Source: Candidatus Latescibacterota bacterium
GTDB taxonomy: Bacteria > Latescibacterota > UBA2968
Direction: 5' to 3'
Assembly (NCBI GenBank): GCA_965204375.1
Contig: OZ241986.1
Coordinates: forward strand, 4,512,001-4,576,000
DNA length: 64,000 nucleotides
Shown: in pieces, positions 19,179-30,100 of the stretch
Layout: every line of letters starts with the position of its first letter
Numbering within the stretch: the first letter of the stretch is position 1
Notes under the pieces: generated by a model
The model's database searches: none
Seen by the model: only the letters and a program-made list of their open reading frames with translations
What the model was told of the DNA's origin: nothing
Program-made: the position numbers and the translations under genes

Positions 19179-19345
19179 TGCTGACAGCGTGGTTCAACAG
19201 TGGTGATTCAGCGATCCTTGCTGTCCCCAGCGTTATTGTACCTGTAGAGACAAATTATTTGATCAATCCTCTTCATCCCGATTTTGAAAAAATAAAGATA
19301 GGAGGACCTGAGCAATTTGAATACGATCTGCGTTTAGTGAAATGA
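19175..19345 (+). pseudogene. RES-domain toxin with large in-frame internal deletion (56 aa)
   Basis: ATGA overlap with antitoxin; MMLTAW joined directly to FNSGDSAILAVPSVIVPVETNYLINPLHPDF. Confidence 0.8.
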
Positions 19346-19415
19346 GTGTTTCGAGACATTGATGATCCGGTGGCATTTCAACGAAATCTTCGGACCAATA
19401 AGGTCGGAAACTGCG

Positions 19416-20024
19416 ATGACAGAAACGATAAACAAAACGCGAATATTCACTGTAGGACACTCGACACATGCATTTGAGGATTTCGTCTCCATCCTGAAAC
19501 AACATGGCGTGGATGCCATTGCAGACGTGAGGTCGGTTCCATATAGCCGTTGGCAACCGCAATTCAATCGCGAACACCTAACGGAAGCCCTGAAGACCCG
19601 GGGTATTGCCTATGTTTTCCTCGGCGAGGAACTCGGCGCACGCAGTGACGATCCAAAGTGTTACGAGAACGGCCGGGTGCAGTATCGCGCGCTCGCCGAA
19701 ACCCCGCTGTTTCAATCCGGAATAAAGCGCGTCCGAGACGGGAGCAAGAGCAGGCGCATTGCCTTGATGTGTGCAGAGAAGGATCCCCTGGATTGCCACC
19801 GCACAATTCTCGTCGCTCGCGAATTGGTGGCAAGTGGCGTAGATGTCGCACACATTCTTGAAGATGGATCACAGGAACCACACGATGAGACCCTGAAACG
19901 CCTGTCTGAGCAGTTGCGATTGCCAGCACAGGATCTGTTTCTTACCCCTAATGAATTGGAAGACCGGGCATACGCGGCACAGGAACAGCGCATTGCGTAT
20001 GTTGAGGAGGAGACTACACAATGA
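19416..20024 (+). CDS. DUF488 family protein
   Basis: IFTVGHS, ADVRSVPYSR, YVFLGEELG, ALMCAEKDPLDCHR. Confidence 0.9.
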   Translation: MTETINKTRIFTVGHSTHAFEDFVSILKQHGVDAIADVRSVPYSRWQPQFNREHLTEALKTRGIAYVFLGEELGARSDDPKCYENGRVQYRALAETPLFQSGIKRVRDGSKSRRIALMCAEKDPLDCHRTILVARELVASGVDVAHILEDGSQEPHDETLKRLSEQLRLPAQDLFLTPNELEDRAYAAQEQRIAYVEEETTQ

Positions 20025-20164
20025 AAATTTTCACCATTGGCTTCACCAAAAAAAGCGCAGAGCAATTCTTCAATAGCTTGCAAACAGCGGGCGTCAAGCG
20101 AGTCGTTGATGTGCGGCGTAGCGCGATTTCGTGTAATTCCGTACATTTATCACATAAGGGATGA
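20021..20164 (+). pseudogene. Truncated second DUF488 gene
   Basis: ATGA overlap; MKIFTIGFTKKSAEQFFNSLQTAGVKRVVDVRR then similarity breaks at the 30-bp motif (20118). Confidence 0.75.
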
Positions 20165-20415
20165 CAACCATGAAATTGATTGAGAAAGAAATCATCATTG
20201 CCAAAGACGGCAAACTTCCTACAGACTTTCGCGAGGCATTTGGTCGAAAGGCTCGTGTTGCTATTTATCTTCAGGAAGACCAAAAAGAAAAAACAGAAGG
20301 TGCAGATATCCTATCGGATCTCGATGGCAAAATTCAAGCGTTTCGAGACATTGATGACCCAGTGACGTTTCAACGAAATCTCCGGGCTGAATGGGATCGG
20401 GGTTGGGAGAAATGA
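20161..20415 (+). CDS. Small antitoxin-like protein (orphan)
   Basis: 84 aa ending DPVTFQRNLRAEWDR, like antitoxins that precede PIN toxins; the following ATG opens only 12 codons. Confidence 0.55.
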   Translation: MTTMKLIEKEIIIAKDGKLPTDFREAFGRKARVAIYLQEDQKEKTEGADILSDLDGKIQAFRDIDDPVTFQRNLRAEWDRGWEK

Positions 20416-20520
20416 ACTCTGAAAACTCGCGCCGCTGGTGCGAGAAATAGGTTGGTCGTATAAGAGAACCAACGTAATAAACTTGTAGAAGAAATTTGAG
20501 ATGAGAAGGAGTTGTGATCT

Positions 20521-21573
20521 ATGAGCTGGACGGAACTTCAATTCAAAGATTTCGTGACACTACAAAGAGGTTTTGATTTACCAAAGGCCCGTATGGTGGA
20601 TGGTGTTGTCCCTGTCCTCGGATCGAAATCCATCATTGGCTTTCACAATGAAGCGAAAGTGGAAGCACCCGGAGTAGTCACAGGCAGATCAGGATCATTA
20701 GGTTTGGTTCAGTATTCGGAGCAACCGTTTTGGCCTCATAACACTGCCCTTTGGGTAAAGGATTTCAAAGGAAACAGTCCTCGGTTTGTTTACTATAAGC
20801 TTCAGACCCTCAATCTGGAGAGATTTAATGGCGGTGTATCCGTCCCGACACTAAATCGAAATGTGTTGGACACACTCCCCGTCAAAATTCCTAAACGTAC
20901 CTTACAAGACCGCATCGCTTCCATCCTCTCCACCTACGACAACCTGATCGAAAACAACCGGCGGCGGATTCAATTGCTGGAACAATCAGCGCAGCTACTC
21001 TATAAGGAATGGTTCGTCCACCTCCGCTTCCCCGGACATGAACACGTCACCATAACCGATGGCGTGCCGGAGGGATGGATGAAAAAGCCATTGGGCGAAA
21101 TTGCTCCCCTAAATTATGGAAAGGCACTCAAAAAAGATGATCGAATACCTGGACCGGTTCCCGTCTTTGGTTCAAGTGGGATAATCGGAACACATGAAAA
21201 ATCACTTGTTCCCGGCCCCGCGATCATAGTGGGCAGAAAAGGCAATGTCGGAACCACTTACTGGAGCCAGGACGACTTCTATCCAATCGACACTGTATAT
21301 TTTATCGAAGCCAGGTATTGTTCTATTCACCTGTATCATGCTTTGCTTAACACGCAGTTCATCAATACAGATGTCGCGGTTCCGGGCCTGAACCGGGACT
21401 TTGCACACAGCCGACTGCTACTCGTGCCAGACAACAAAATCCTCATACTATTTGAACAACACGCCACAGAAATTTATGAGCAGATCAATCGCCTGACAAA
21501 ATACAACCAAACACTCACCCAGGCCCGCGACCTGCTCCTACCGCGGTTGATGAATGGGGAGATTTCAGTATGA
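20521..21573 (+). CDS. hsdS: Type I R-M specificity subunit
   Basis: Two TRDs, central QDRIASILSTYDNLIENNRRRIQLLE...LYKEWF, C-terminal RDLLLPRLMNGEI. Confidence 0.95.
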   Translation: MSWTELQFKDFVTLQRGFDLPKARMVDGVVPVLGSKSIIGFHNEAKVEAPGVVTGRSGSLGLVQYSEQPFWPHNTALWVKDFKGNSPRFVYYKLQTLNLERFNGGVSVPTLNRNVLDTLPVKIPKRTLQDRIASILSTYDNLIENNRRRIQLLEQSAQLLYKEWFVHLRFPGHEHVTITDGVPEGWMKKPLGEIAPLNYGKALKKDDRIPGPVPVFGSSGIIGTHEKSLVPGPAIIVGRKGNVGTTYWSQDDFYPIDTVYFIEARYCSIHLYHALLNTQFINTDVAVPGLNRDFAHSRLLLVPDNKILILFEQHATEIYEQINRLTKYNQTLTQARDLLLPRLMNGEISV

Positions 21574-24500
21574 ATCAATCTGAACTTCGTCAGGAACTCG
21601 ACCGTCTATGTGAACTTCCGCACGAGACAGAATGGCTCGAGTTCAAAGAAGCTCAAAATCAGTATGACTTCGATAAGTTGGGCAAGTATTTCTCTGCCCT
21701 ATCCAACGAGGCCAACTTAAAAAAGCAAGCGTGTGGCTGGTTGATATTGGGCGTAAAAGATGATCGTTCGGTTTGCGGCAGTCAGTGGTTCCACGAAAAT
21801 CCAGCCAAACTTGACAAGTTGAAAGAGGGAGTTTCCAATCATACAACCGGCAACCTCACATTTGATGAGATTTATGTGCTCAATCACCCAGGTGGCCGCG
21901 TTGTCATGTTCAAGATTCCGCCCGCCTTACAAGGCATTCCAACCGCCTGGAAAGGACACTGGTATGGACGCAATAGCGAGTCCCTTGGTGCGCTCAGTTT
22001 GCGAGAAATAGAGACAATTCGATTGCAGTCTTCTGACGAGCATCAAACTAATTCAGACTGGAATCAGCACGAATACGCTTCTGAACTGGCGATTGCCAAC
22101 CTTCTTGGCGCATGGAATGAGCTAAACGAAGCCGATTTAGAAATTGTGTGTCAACTTGTCAATGATGAGGATTACGCAAAGTGGATCCCCAAACTGAGGG
22201 AAATGTTACAACAAGCGATAAGCCCTGTGACGTTCATGAATGGAAGATGGCAGGTCATTGATCGAAAAGGAATGTGGCAGGCATTAGGTGGACGTGTTTT
22301 TGATGATACATTGGATGCCCTGAAACAGTGCGCGGTCACGGTATTGTCCGAGCGCGATCCTCAGTTTGACTTACCCTCCGATGAACGTTATGCCGCCAAT
22401 ATCTATAAAAAGGTATTGAAGTACTCAACCGGGCTTCGGAAAGGATTAGCTGAAACGCTGGTACTGCTCGGCACTAATCCCGATGCTCTGACACATTTCT
22501 CACCACGACATCAGGGTTGGAAACCAAAAAATACGGCAGGTCGTGCAGTTCGCGAAATTCTCGAGAATGCGGATTGGGTATTGTGGGGTAGCCTCAATGA
22601 TTTTCTCCCTGTACTGGCAGAAACAGACCCTCGTGAATTTTTGGATGCTGTAGAAAATGCATTGGACAAATCCCCTTGCCCGTTTGAAGAACTGTTTTCA
22701 CAGGAGGGCAATCCTCCATTGGGGAGCAATTACCTCACTGGCCTACTGTGGGCATTGGAAACCCTCGCTTGGGATACTGAACATCTCGTCCGCGTGTGCG
22801 TAATTCTCGGTGAGCTTGCGGCGCGTGATCCCGGCGGTAACTCGTCGAACCGCCCTGCCAATTCACTGGCAGAAATTATACTCCCCTGGCATCCGCAGAC
22901 TACCGCACCCATAAAAAAGCGGGAAGTTGCCGTAAAAACGCTGATAAATGAGGTCCCGGATGTGGCCTGGAATCTATTGATCAGTCTTTTGCCAAATCAG
23001 CATCAGATGTCCTTTGGAACTCGCAAACCTAAGTGGCGAAATACCATTCCCGATAATTGGAAAGAGCGCGTGACTAAAGTGGATTACTGGAAGCAAGTTG
23101 ACTCTTATGCTGAAATGGCGATTGCTATGGCAAGTAATGACATTGATAAATTAACCGAGTTGGTAGGCGACCTCAATCGCCTGCCAAAACCTTCTCTGGA
23201 CAAACTTATCGAGCATCTGGCATCAGAAGAGATATGCGGAAAACCTGAAGATCAGCGTCTAAAACTCTGGACTCAACTAACTCAGCTTGCCTCAAAACAC
23301 AGACGTTTTTCTGACGCAGAATGGGCTTTAAGCGATAAGACCGTTTCCAAAATCGAAGATGTTGCTGCAAAACTCGCTCCTGAAAATCCATTCCATCTTC
23401 ATCGCAGATTATTTAGCCACAACGATTTGGATCTCTATGAAGGAACTTGGGGAGAGCCTCAACAAGCGCAAAAACTTGATCAACACCGTCAAAAACTCGA
23501 TCAACGCCGTCAGCAAGCGATAAAAGAGATTTTAGCTGGTGGTGGAATGGATATAGTATTTCAATTCGCCGAAAGTGTTGAGTCACCCTGGGATGTTGGC
23601 CGTTCTCTAGGTACTATTGCACAGGCGGAAACTGACAAACACATCCTTCCTGCATTGCTGGAAACAGAGAATACCAAACTCGCGCTACTCACAAGTGCTT
23701 ATGTCAGTTGTCGCCAAAATGTCAATGGATGGGAATGGGTTGATGGCTTTGACACCTCGAACTGGTCAGCCGCACAAATAGGTCAATTCCTATCCTATCT
23801 ACCCTTTACCAAAGAGACCTGGCGTCGCGCAACAGATTGGCTCGGCAAATCCGAAAAGGAGTACTGGCGCAAAACCAGTGCAAATCCCTACGAGACAGAG
23901 AGCGACCTCGGCTTTGCCATTGACAAATTGATTGAGTATGATAGACCCCATGCTGCTATCGCATGTCTGAGTAAAATGATACATAGTAACCAGCCATTGG
24001 ACAAAACCCGAAGTGTAAAAGCTCTTATGGATGCCATTTCTTCTTCAGAATCTCCCCAAGAAATGGATGCACATAACATCATTGAAATCATAGAGGCTTT
24101 ACAGGACGATCCAAACACCGACCCAAATGATCTCTTTCAAATTGAATGGGCCTACCTGCGCTTATTAAATCACCACACATCACCGAAGACATTGGAAAAC
24201 CGCCTATCTTCTAATCCAGAATTTTTCTGTGAAGTCATACGCATTATCTATCGGTCAAAAAAGGAAACGGAACCCGCAAAAGAATTTAGCGAACAGGATA
24301 AAGCCATTGCTGAAAATGCATACAAACTTCTTAATCAATGGAAGACACCTCCAGGAATGCAATCGGATGATCAATTTCTAGCGGAAAAATTTACGGAATG
24401 GCTTAACAAAACAAAAGAAGCGTGTGATGAATCCGGGCATCTTGAAGTCGCCCTTCTGAATATAGGAAAAGTTCTCATTCATGCGCCACTTGATCCAGAC

Positions 24501-24893
24501 GGGCTGTGGATAAATCAAACAGTCGCATCTGCGCTCAATGCAAAAGACGCGGCGAAAATGCGGGATGGTTTCTGGACAGGAATTTTCAACTCTCGCGGAG
24601 TTCAAACAGTTGACCCAACGGGAAAATCCGAGCGAGAGCTTGCCGAAAAATACAAACAAATGGCCGGAGAAGTTGAAAATGAAGGCTATCACCGCTTTGC
24701 TGTTACACTTAGGGAATTAGCAAAAGAATATGAGCGTGAAGCGGAAATATATATTGCTGAGCATGACGCAGAAATGAGAATGCTTCAGAACCAAAAACTA
24801 ATTGAACGGGAGAGTGCCCGAAGATTGGCACAACTCGGCGGAAGCGAGCCACAACTACAAGCTGTCCCGCGCCGTCGGAGTGATCCCGAATGA
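21570..24893 (+). CDS. 1107-aa protein: N-terminal AlbA_2, long helical region, C-terminal VapB-like tail
   Basis: ETEWLEFKEA...GKYFSALSN...LILGVKD (AlbA_2); GLLWALETLAW/NRP helical region; ends LIERESARRLAQLGGSEPQLQAVPRRR. Confidence 0.8.
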   Translation: MNQSELRQELDRLCELPHETEWLEFKEAQNQYDFDKLGKYFSALSNEANLKKQACGWLILGVKDDRSVCGSQWFHENPAKLDKLKEGVSNHTTGNLTFDEIYVLNHPGGRVVMFKIPPALQGIPTAWKGHWYGRNSESLGALSLREIETIRLQSSDEHQTNSDWNQHEYASELAIANLLGAWNELNEADLEIVCQLVNDEDYAKWIPKLREMLQQAISPVTFMNGRWQVIDRKGMWQALGGRVFDDTLDALKQCAVTVLSERDPQFDLPSDERYAANIYKKVLKYSTGLRKGLAETLVLLGTNPDALTHFSPRHQGWKPKNTAGRAVREILENADWVLWGSLNDFLPVLAETDPREFLDAVENALDKSPCPFEELFSQEGNPPLGSNYLTGLLWALETLAWDTEHLVRVCVILGELAARDPGGNSSNRPANSLAEIILPWHPQTTAPIKKREVAVKTLINEVPDVAWNLLISLLPNQHQMSFGTRKPKWRNTIPDNWKERVTKVDYWKQVDSYAEMAIAMASNDIDKLTELVGDLNRLPKPSLDKLIEHLASEEICGKPEDQRLKLWTQLTQLASKHRRFSDAEWALSDKTVSKIEDVAAKLAPENPFHLHRRLFSHNDLDLYEGTWGEPQQAQKLDQHRQKLDQRRQQAIKEILAGGGMDIVFQFAESVESPWDVGRSLGTIAQAETDKHILPALLETENTKLALLTSAYVSCRQNVNGWEWVDGFDTSNWSAAQIGQFLSYLPFTKETWRRATDWLGKSEKEYWRKTSANPYETESDLGFAIDKLIEYDRPHAAIACLSKMIHSNQPLDKTRSVKALMDAISSSESPQEMDAHNIIEIIEALQDDPNTDPNDLFQIEWAYLRLLNHHTSPKTLENRLSSNPEFFCEVIRIIYRSKKETEPAKEFSEQDKAIAENAYKLLNQWKTPPGMQSDDQFLAEKFTEWLNKTKEACDESGHLEVALLNIGKVLIHAPLDPDGLWINQTVASALNAKDAAKMRDGFWTGIFNSRGVQTVDPTGKSERELAEKYKQMAGEVENEGYHRFAVTLRELAKEYEREAEIYIAEHDAEMRMLQNQKLIERESARRLAQLGGSEPQLQAVPRRRSDPE

Positions 24894-25279
24894 TTTTGGT
24901 TGATACCTCAGTCTGGATTAATCATCTCAATCCTAAAGACCCAAGATTTAGTATTCAACATAGTGAACGACTTAAAACCCTGTTAAATGATAACCAGGTA
25001 TTGGGTCATTCTATGGTAATTGGAGAACTGGCCTGCGGCAATTTGAAGGACCGCCAAACAGTGTTGACAGACCTCGAGAACTTGCCCAAGGCATCGGTTG
25101 CCACCGATGACCATGTGCTCTCCTATATTGAGCAAAAACAACTGATGGGTCGTGGTATCGGCTACGTTGATTTTCATTTATTGGCCGCCACAGAACTGAC
25201 TCGGTCAACCGAACTTTGGGCACTCGATGGACGGCTTATGGATGTGGCTACTGAACTAAATCTCGCTTACCAAATTTAA
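24890..25279 (+). CDS. vapC: VapC PIN-domain toxin
   Basis: MILVDTSVWI, GELACG, GRGIGYVD, WALDGRL; acidic residues intact; ATGA overlap with upstream gene. Confidence 0.9.
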   Translation: MILVDTSVWINHLNPKDPRFSIQHSERLKTLLNDNQVLGHSMVIGELACGNLKDRQTVLTDLENLPKASVATDDHVLSYIEQKQLMGRGIGYVDFHLLAATELTRSTELWALDGRLMDVATELNLAYQI

Positions 25280-25364
25280 GGACGAACCTCGGGCTGCACA
25301 GTCTCTTGCTTACGCTTGATAAACATGATAAGAAGGTTTGAAACAATATGTTCGGAGTTGGCGC

Positions 25365-26267
25365 ATGTCTGACGAGTACCCAATTGTTACAGTAGAACCA
25401 GAATGGAGGAGGAGGAGTGACCCCGAGGAAATGGGTACGAGAAAGAAATTCTGGTATAGCAAGCCCAAGCCCAATGACGAAACAAATTGGCTCTTCAAAC
25501 ATCCTCGACCAAACACAGGAGAACACTGGGCTGAGAAGATTGCCGCCGAGGTTGCCTCTGTGATCGGAATTAGACACGCGAATGTAGAACTGGCGAAGTT
25601 TCAAGATGAGCGCGGATCGGTGACAGAATCGTTTGCCCTCGGGGACGGGACGCTATACCATGGCAACCAAATGTTGGAAGTGACCATTGAAGGTTACAAG
25701 CTCCAGAGAAAGTTCCACCAGTCGAGTCATACTTTGGCTAATATCTGGAAGGTAATGGACTCTGTTTTTGTCAAGTCTGAAGATGCACAAGAAGAGAAAC
25801 TCATCATCGCTGAGTACCTGGTTTTGGATGCATTAATTGGCAACATAGATCGCCACCACGAGAATTGGGGCGTACTTCGATGGTGGGTAGATGACAGTTG
25901 GAGGGGTTTCGTAGCACCGTCTTATGACCACGCATCCTCGCTGGGACGAGAACTTTTGGATGCAAGACGTAATATGCTACTAACAGAGAATCGCGTAGGA
26001 GACTATGTGGAAAAAGGACGCGGTGCCATTTACTGGTCAGAGGACGAGCGATACGGCCCCAGTCCACTGGAATTGGTTCGAAGTGCAGCGGACATCTATC
26101 CAGAACTTTTTCATCCAGCGAGCCTGAAACTCGCAAAGATAGATGAAGAAGTTTTTAGTCAAATAGTCAATCGGATTCCTTCCGATTGGATGACTTCTTC
26201 AGCACGAATGTTCGCGATTGAGTTCATGCGCTATACTTATGAAAAATTACGGGAGATTTTTCGATGA
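25365..26267 (+). CDS. HipA-like Ser/Thr kinase
   Basis: MGTRKKFW, WLFK, GEHWAEK, DALIGNIDRHHENWG, APSYDHASSLG. Confidence 0.87.
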   Translation: MSDEYPIVTVEPEWRRRSDPEEMGTRKKFWYSKPKPNDETNWLFKHPRPNTGEHWAEKIAAEVASVIGIRHANVELAKFQDERGSVTESFALGDGTLYHGNQMLEVTIEGYKLQRKFHQSSHTLANIWKVMDSVFVKSEDAQEEKLIIAEYLVLDALIGNIDRHHENWGVLRWWVDDSWRGFVAPSYDHASSLGRELLDARRNMLLTENRVGDYVEKGRGAIYWSEDERYGPSPLELVRSAADIYPELFHPASLKLAKIDEEVFSQIVNRIPSDWMTSSARMFAIEFMRYTYEKLREIFR

Positions 26268-27016
26268 ATACAAAGACTTTATTCCTGGCGTGGCAGGATA
26301 AAAGAGGAGAAGTGAGCCGTCCTTGGTTTCCAGTGGGCAGGCTGGATGTCGAGCCGTCGTTTTATCGCTTTCGTTATATCCGCGGTGCGAAACGAGCCGA
26401 AAAGGAGCAAGGATTTCTTCCATTGCTCGATTTCCCCATTTTAACCTCAGAGTACCAATCCTCAGAACTCTTTCCGCTATTCAGAAATCGGATTATTGCG
26501 CCGGGGAGGCCGGATCGTTCGGACTATCTGAACAACCTCGGCCTTCCTGAGAATGCAGATCCGGTGGAGATCCTATCGGTAAGCGGTGGCTATCGGGTAA
26601 CTGATGCTTATGAGGTGTTTCCGAAGCTCGAGATGGATACTGACGGAAGTTTTATTTGTCGCTTCTTTCTCCATGGCTACCGTCATGTTAGTGAAACCGC
26701 TCTAAATAGAATTGAAGACTTAAAACCGGAAGAACAACTTTATTTAACACTGGAACTTACCAATCCAGCGACCGGCTTGGCGGTGCAAATCCAGACAACA
26801 GACTACCATATGATTGGTTGGACGCCGCGTTATCTCGTATCCGACCTCGCGAGGGCAATGGCCGATTGGCCAGACAAATACACGGCACAGGTGGTACAGG
26901 TCAATCCCCAATCAGCACCGATGAAACAGCGCGTTTTGATTGAGATGCGTGGCTACTGGGACCCACAGCATGAACCGATGAAAGGCAAGGATTTTCAACC
27001 TCTGGTTGGTGATTGA
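26264..27016 (+). CDS. HipA-N/HipS-like + HIRAN domain protein
   Basis: LFLAWQD...WFPVGRL...FRY...LFPLFRNRI, then FFLHGYRH, ELTNP, IGWTPRYL; ATGA overlap with kinase. Confidence 0.78.
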   Translation: MNTKTLFLAWQDKRGEVSRPWFPVGRLDVEPSFYRFRYIRGAKRAEKEQGFLPLLDFPILTSEYQSSELFPLFRNRIIAPGRPDRSDYLNNLGLPENADPVEILSVSGGYRVTDAYEVFPKLEMDTDGSFICRFFLHGYRHVSETALNRIEDLKPEEQLYLTLELTNPATGLAVQIQTTDYHMIGWTPRYLVSDLARAMADWPDKYTAQVVQVNPQSAPMKQRVLIEMRGYWDPQHEPMKGKDFQPLVGD

Positions 27017-27045
27017 TCGTTTATTTATTACAAGTATTGATTTTA

Positions 27046-27077
27046 CTGGATCGCGGCTAAAACCCTACCGCGATGAC
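27046..27077 (-). repeat. REP-like hairpin, copy 3 (inverted)
   Basis: ctggatcgcggctaaaaccctaccgcgatgac. Confidence 0.8.
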
Positions 27078-27129
27078 AGACCATAGTCAAGGCCAGAGTG
27101 AGAGCCAGAGTCACAGCCAGAGTCGCAAA

Positions 27130-30100
27130 ATGAACCCAACCCCCTACACCGAAGACACCCTCGTTCAACAGACCACAGCCGAGTACCTCGAACAGCAACT
27201 CGGCTGGGAATCCGTCTATGCCTACAACAGCGAGGACTTTGGGCCGGACAGTCTGCTCGGTCGCGCCTCTGACCGCGAAGTCGTACTCACGCGCTATCTA
27301 CTCACCGCGCTGCGAACGCTGAACCCCGGCCTGCCCGAAGACGCCTACAACGACGCAATCCGACAAATCACATCCACCACTGCTTCACAGAGCATCGTCG
27401 CAACCAACCGCGAAAAGTACGATTTCATCCGCAACGGCGTACCCATCAAATTTCGCAACGCCAATGGCGAATGGGTGCAGGAACGCCTCCGAATCTTCGA
27501 TTTTGAAACCCCGGGAAACAACCACTTCCTCTGCGTACGCGAACTATGGATAAAAGGCGACCTCTACCGCAGACGAGCAGACATCATCGGCTTTGTCAAC
27601 GGCCTGCCCCTCCTCTTCATCGAATGCAAAAACATCCACCGGGACCTGAAAGCCGCGTACAACGGCAACTACTCGGACTACCGCGACACCATCCCCCACA
27701 TCTTCCACCACAACGCCATCGTCCTGTTTGGCAACGGCGAAAAAGCAAAACTCGGCTCCATCACCAGCGAATGGGACCACTTCCACGAATGGAAACGCCT
27801 ATCCGAAGAAGAACCCGGCGTCGTCGATATGGAAACCCTCCTCAAAGGCGTCTGCAACAAACGCGACTTCATGGACATCATAGAAAACTTCATCCTCTTC
27901 GACGACACATCGGGTGAAACAAAGAAAATCCTCGCCCGCAACCACCAGTTCCTCGGCGTAAACCGCGCAATTGAAGCCGTGCGCGACCGCAAAGTACGCC
28001 AGGGCAAACTCGGCGTCTTCTGGCACACACAGGGCGCTGGCAAAAGCTACTCCATGGTACTCTTCACCCGCAAAGTACACCGCAAACTCGGCGGCAACTT
28101 CACCTTCCTCGTCCTCACAGACCGCACAGACCTCGACACGCAAATCTACAAAACCTTCGCTGGCTGCGGCGTCGTAGATCACGACCGAGACCCCTGCCGC
28201 GCAGCAGACGGGCCACACCTGAACCAGCTATTGACCGAACACAAATCGCACATCTTCTCCCTCATCCAGAAATTCAACCAGGAAGACATAGATCCCAAAA
28301 AAGGCTACACCCAGCGCGACGACATCATCGTCATCACCGACGAAGCGCACCGCACCCAATACGGCAAGTTAGCAGATAATCTGCGCGTCGCCCTGCCCAA
28401 CGCAGCCTACATCGGCTTCACCGGCACACCCCTGTTCAAAGACGACCAGATCACGCGCCGCGTCTTCGGCGAATACGTCTCCACCTACGACTTCCAGCGG
28501 GCAGTAGAAGACAAAGCCACACTACCCCTCTACTACGACGCGCGCGGCGACAAACTGGGCGTAGCCATTGATAATTTAAACGAACGCATCGCCGAAAAAT
28601 TGGAAGAAGCCGAAATCAGCGACATCGACGAGGAACAGCACCTCGAACGAGAACTCAAACGCGCCTACCACATCATCACCGCAGGCAAACGCCTCGACCA
28701 ACTGGCGCGGGACTTCACGCGACACTACTCAGCCGCCTGGGAAACCGGCAAAGCCATGCTGGTATGCATCGACAAAATAACCTGTGTGCGAATGCACAGA
28801 TTGATTGAATTCTACTGGCAAGAACACATCGGAAAACTGGAAACAAGGCTATCGCGAATAACGGACGAAGAGGAGAAAACAGACCTTCAGCGGAAGATCG
28901 AATGGATGCGCGAGACCCGCGCAGCAGTCGTAATCAGCGAAGAACAGGGCGAAATCGAAAAATTCAACAAATGGGAACTGGACATCCTCCCGCACCGCAA
29001 ACTCATCAAAGAAGGCATAGACTTGCCCGAAACCATGAGAAACAAACCGCAGTATCGCAACAAGCAACGCATGGAACTGGACGAAGCCTTCAAAGACGAA
29101 GAACACCCATTCCGCATCGCCATAGTCTGCGCCATGTGGCTAACGGGTTTCGATGTCCCGTGCCTATCAACACTCTACCTCGACAAACCACTCAAAGCAC
29201 ACACCCTCATGCAAGCCATTGCCCGCGCCAACCGCGTGAACGAAAACAAAAACAACGGCCTGATCGTAGATTACTGCGGCGTCCTCGTACACCTGCGCCA
29301 GGCACTCGCAACCTTCGCTGGCACGCAACCGGATGGAGATAACGCACCGACCGACCCCGCAAAACCCGAAGAAGAACTCCTATCAGACCTCGCCGAAGCC
29401 ATCGCCCTATTGCGAGACTTCCTCGACAAACGCAACGCACCACTGGATGACATCATTGAAAAAACGGGCTTCCTCCGCAATGCGGCTATCGTAGCCTGCA
29501 AAGAAGCCGTCAACGAAAACGACGAAACCCGCAAACGCTTCGAAGTCATGTGCCGCGAAGTATTCAAAAAGTACAAAGCCTGCGTCAACGTGCCAAACGT
29601 CAACATCCATCGCGAAGATCGCGACGCCATTGACATCGTGTACAAAAGCCTCCAGCAAGACCGTGTTCAGGCTGACATCTCAGAAATCATAATGGAATTA
29701 CAGCGGGTAGTAGATGCGGCCATTGAACCGAGGCTCAGTAATGTGGCTGAAAATCCGCATCCTGATGAAGATCGACGTCCTTACGACATCAGCCAGATAG
29801 ACTTCGAGCGTCTGAAGCGAGAATTCGCGCGTATCCAGGAAAAAAACACCACCGTTCAGAACCTCAGACAAGCAGTAGAACAAAAATTGCAACGACTATT
29901 GAAGCAAAACCCATTACGCACGGACTTTCAGCACCACTACGAAGAAATCGTCGCAGCGTACAACCGCGAAAAGGACCAGATAACAATAGAGCGCACCTTC
30001 GAAGCATTGCTCAAACTGGTGCAGGAATTGGATGAAGAAGAAAACCGGGCTGTTCGTGAGGGACTCGACGAAGAATCTCTCGCAATCTTCGACCTCTTAA

